Source of the DNA: an uncultured Flavobacteriales bacterium
Lineage (GTDB): Bacteria; Bacteroidota; Bacteroidia; Flavobacteriales; BACL11
DNA length: 40,719 bases
Direction: 5' to 3'
NCBI GenBank assembly: GCA_950069165.1
Contig: CATMIT010000003.1
Location: 1-40,719 of the forward strand
The first letter of the stretch is position 1. Each line of letters starts with the position of its first letter. Position numbers and translations under genes: made by a program. The notes beneath the pieces were generated by a model that did no database searches, had not been told where the DNA came from, and saw only the letters and a program-made list of their open reading frames with translations. Positions 39,749-40,719 of this stretch are shown piece after piece.

Positions 39749-40719
39749 AAAAGGTATTGATTATTTTTGGCACAAGACCAGAAGCCATTAAAATGGCGCC
39801 AGTAGTTAAAGCATTTAAAAAGAGTGATGATTTTGAAACAAAAGTGTGTGTTACTGCACAGCACAGAGAAATGTTGGACCAAGTATTGGAGTTCTTTGAG
39901 ATTATTCCTGATTATGATTTGGATTTGATGAAGCCCAATCAGAATTTGTATAATTTGACTGGGGAAATTATTAATGGGTTAAAACCTGTTTTAGAAGAAT
40001 TTAATCCTGATTTTGTATTTGTACATGGAGACACAACAACAACAATGGCGGCAAGTATTGCTGGGTTTTATTCTGGCGCAAAAGTATGTCATGTTGAGGC
40101 AGGACTAAGAACTTTTAATAAATACGCCCCTTTCCCAGAGGAAATAAACAGAAGTATTACTGGAAGAATTGCTGATTTTCATTTTGCACCAACTGAAAAG
40201 TCCAAGCAAAATTTATTAATGGAAAATATTTCTGAAGAGGGAATTTTAGTTACAGGAAATACAGTGATTGACGCCCTTTTAGATGGAATAGAAAAAGTAA
40301 AAAGCATTGATAATGAGCAAATAAATATGCTTAAATATTTAGTAAATCCTGATAAAGATTTAATTCTGGTAACTGGGCATAGGAGAGAAAATCATGGGGA
40401 AGGTTTCTTAAATATCTGTAAAGCACTGAAAGAAATTGCATCACAGAACAATGTGCAAATTATTTATCCTGTTCATTTGAACCCAAACGTACAGGATCCA
40501 GTAAATAAGATTTTATCTGCAGTAGAAAATATAGATTTGATTGCTCCACTTCCTTATGAAGCATTTTTGTGGTTGATGGAAAAATCAAAGTTAATTATTA
40601 CCGACAGTGGAGGGGTTCAGGAAGAGGCACCATCATTAGGGAAGCCAGTGTTAGTAATGCGTGAAACTACTGAAAGACCAGAAGCAGTTGAAGCAGGAAC
40701 AGTAATTTTGGTAGGTACT
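39745..40719 (+). CDS. wecB: UDP-GlcNAc 2-epimerase (non-hydrolysing), 3'-truncated by window edge
   Basis: Absent from the ORF track because it has no stop in the window. Read manually: [57 protein letters not shown] overlap with galE. Confidence 0.93.
   Translation, partial: MKKVLIIFGTRPEAIKMAPVVKAFKKSDDFETKVCVTAQHREMLDQVLEFFEIIPDYDLDLMKPNQNLYNLTGEIINGLKPVLEEFNPDFVFVHGDTTTTMAASIAGFYSGAKVCHVEAGLRTFNKYAPFPEEINRSITGRIADFHFAPTEKSKQNLLMENISEEGILVTGNTVIDALLDGIEKVKSIDNEQINMLKYLVNPDKDLILVTGHRRENHGEGFLNICKALKEIASQNNVQIIYPVHLNPNVQDPVNKILSAVENIDLIAPLPYEAFLWLMEKSKLIITDSGGVQEEAPSLGKPVLVMRETTERPEAVEAGTVILVGT

Overview
AT-rich chromosomal window from a Bacteroidota bacterium, most likely a Flavobacteriales member (gldB/gldC, porP-gldKLMN, TAnnTTTG promoter motifs, A-rich ribosome-binding regions without Shine-Dalgarno). 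Most of it is core genome: trmB (partial), an alkyltransferase-like gene, mrp, nifU-like, nadE, gldBC, yihA, an alpha/beta hydrolase, the dcw cluster mraZ to ftsZ, groEL/groES, secG, a TPR protein, lptE, a sigma54 activator, miaB, topA, an arginase-fold gene, the T9SS/gliding core porP-gldKLMN, galE and wecB (partial). I saw no rRNA, tRNA, CRISPR array, transposase or integrase. Two things stand out. (1) Between ftsZ and groEL is a tandem array of three ~100-aa membrane-protein genes. They share a near-identical 24-residue leader (…NVSYASFPV) fused to unrelated two-TM bodies, and the third copy is broken by an in-frame TAA. (2) There is a candidate sigma54 chaperone-control circuit: a well-spaced -24/-12 promoter before groES, three 31-bp tandem repeats carrying a TGACA-N3-TKRCA motif just upstream, a sensor-less GAFTGA activator about 1.6 kb away on the same strand, and the same motif upstream of the miaB-activator gene string. 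All functional calls come from recognising motifs by eye; no database search was run.
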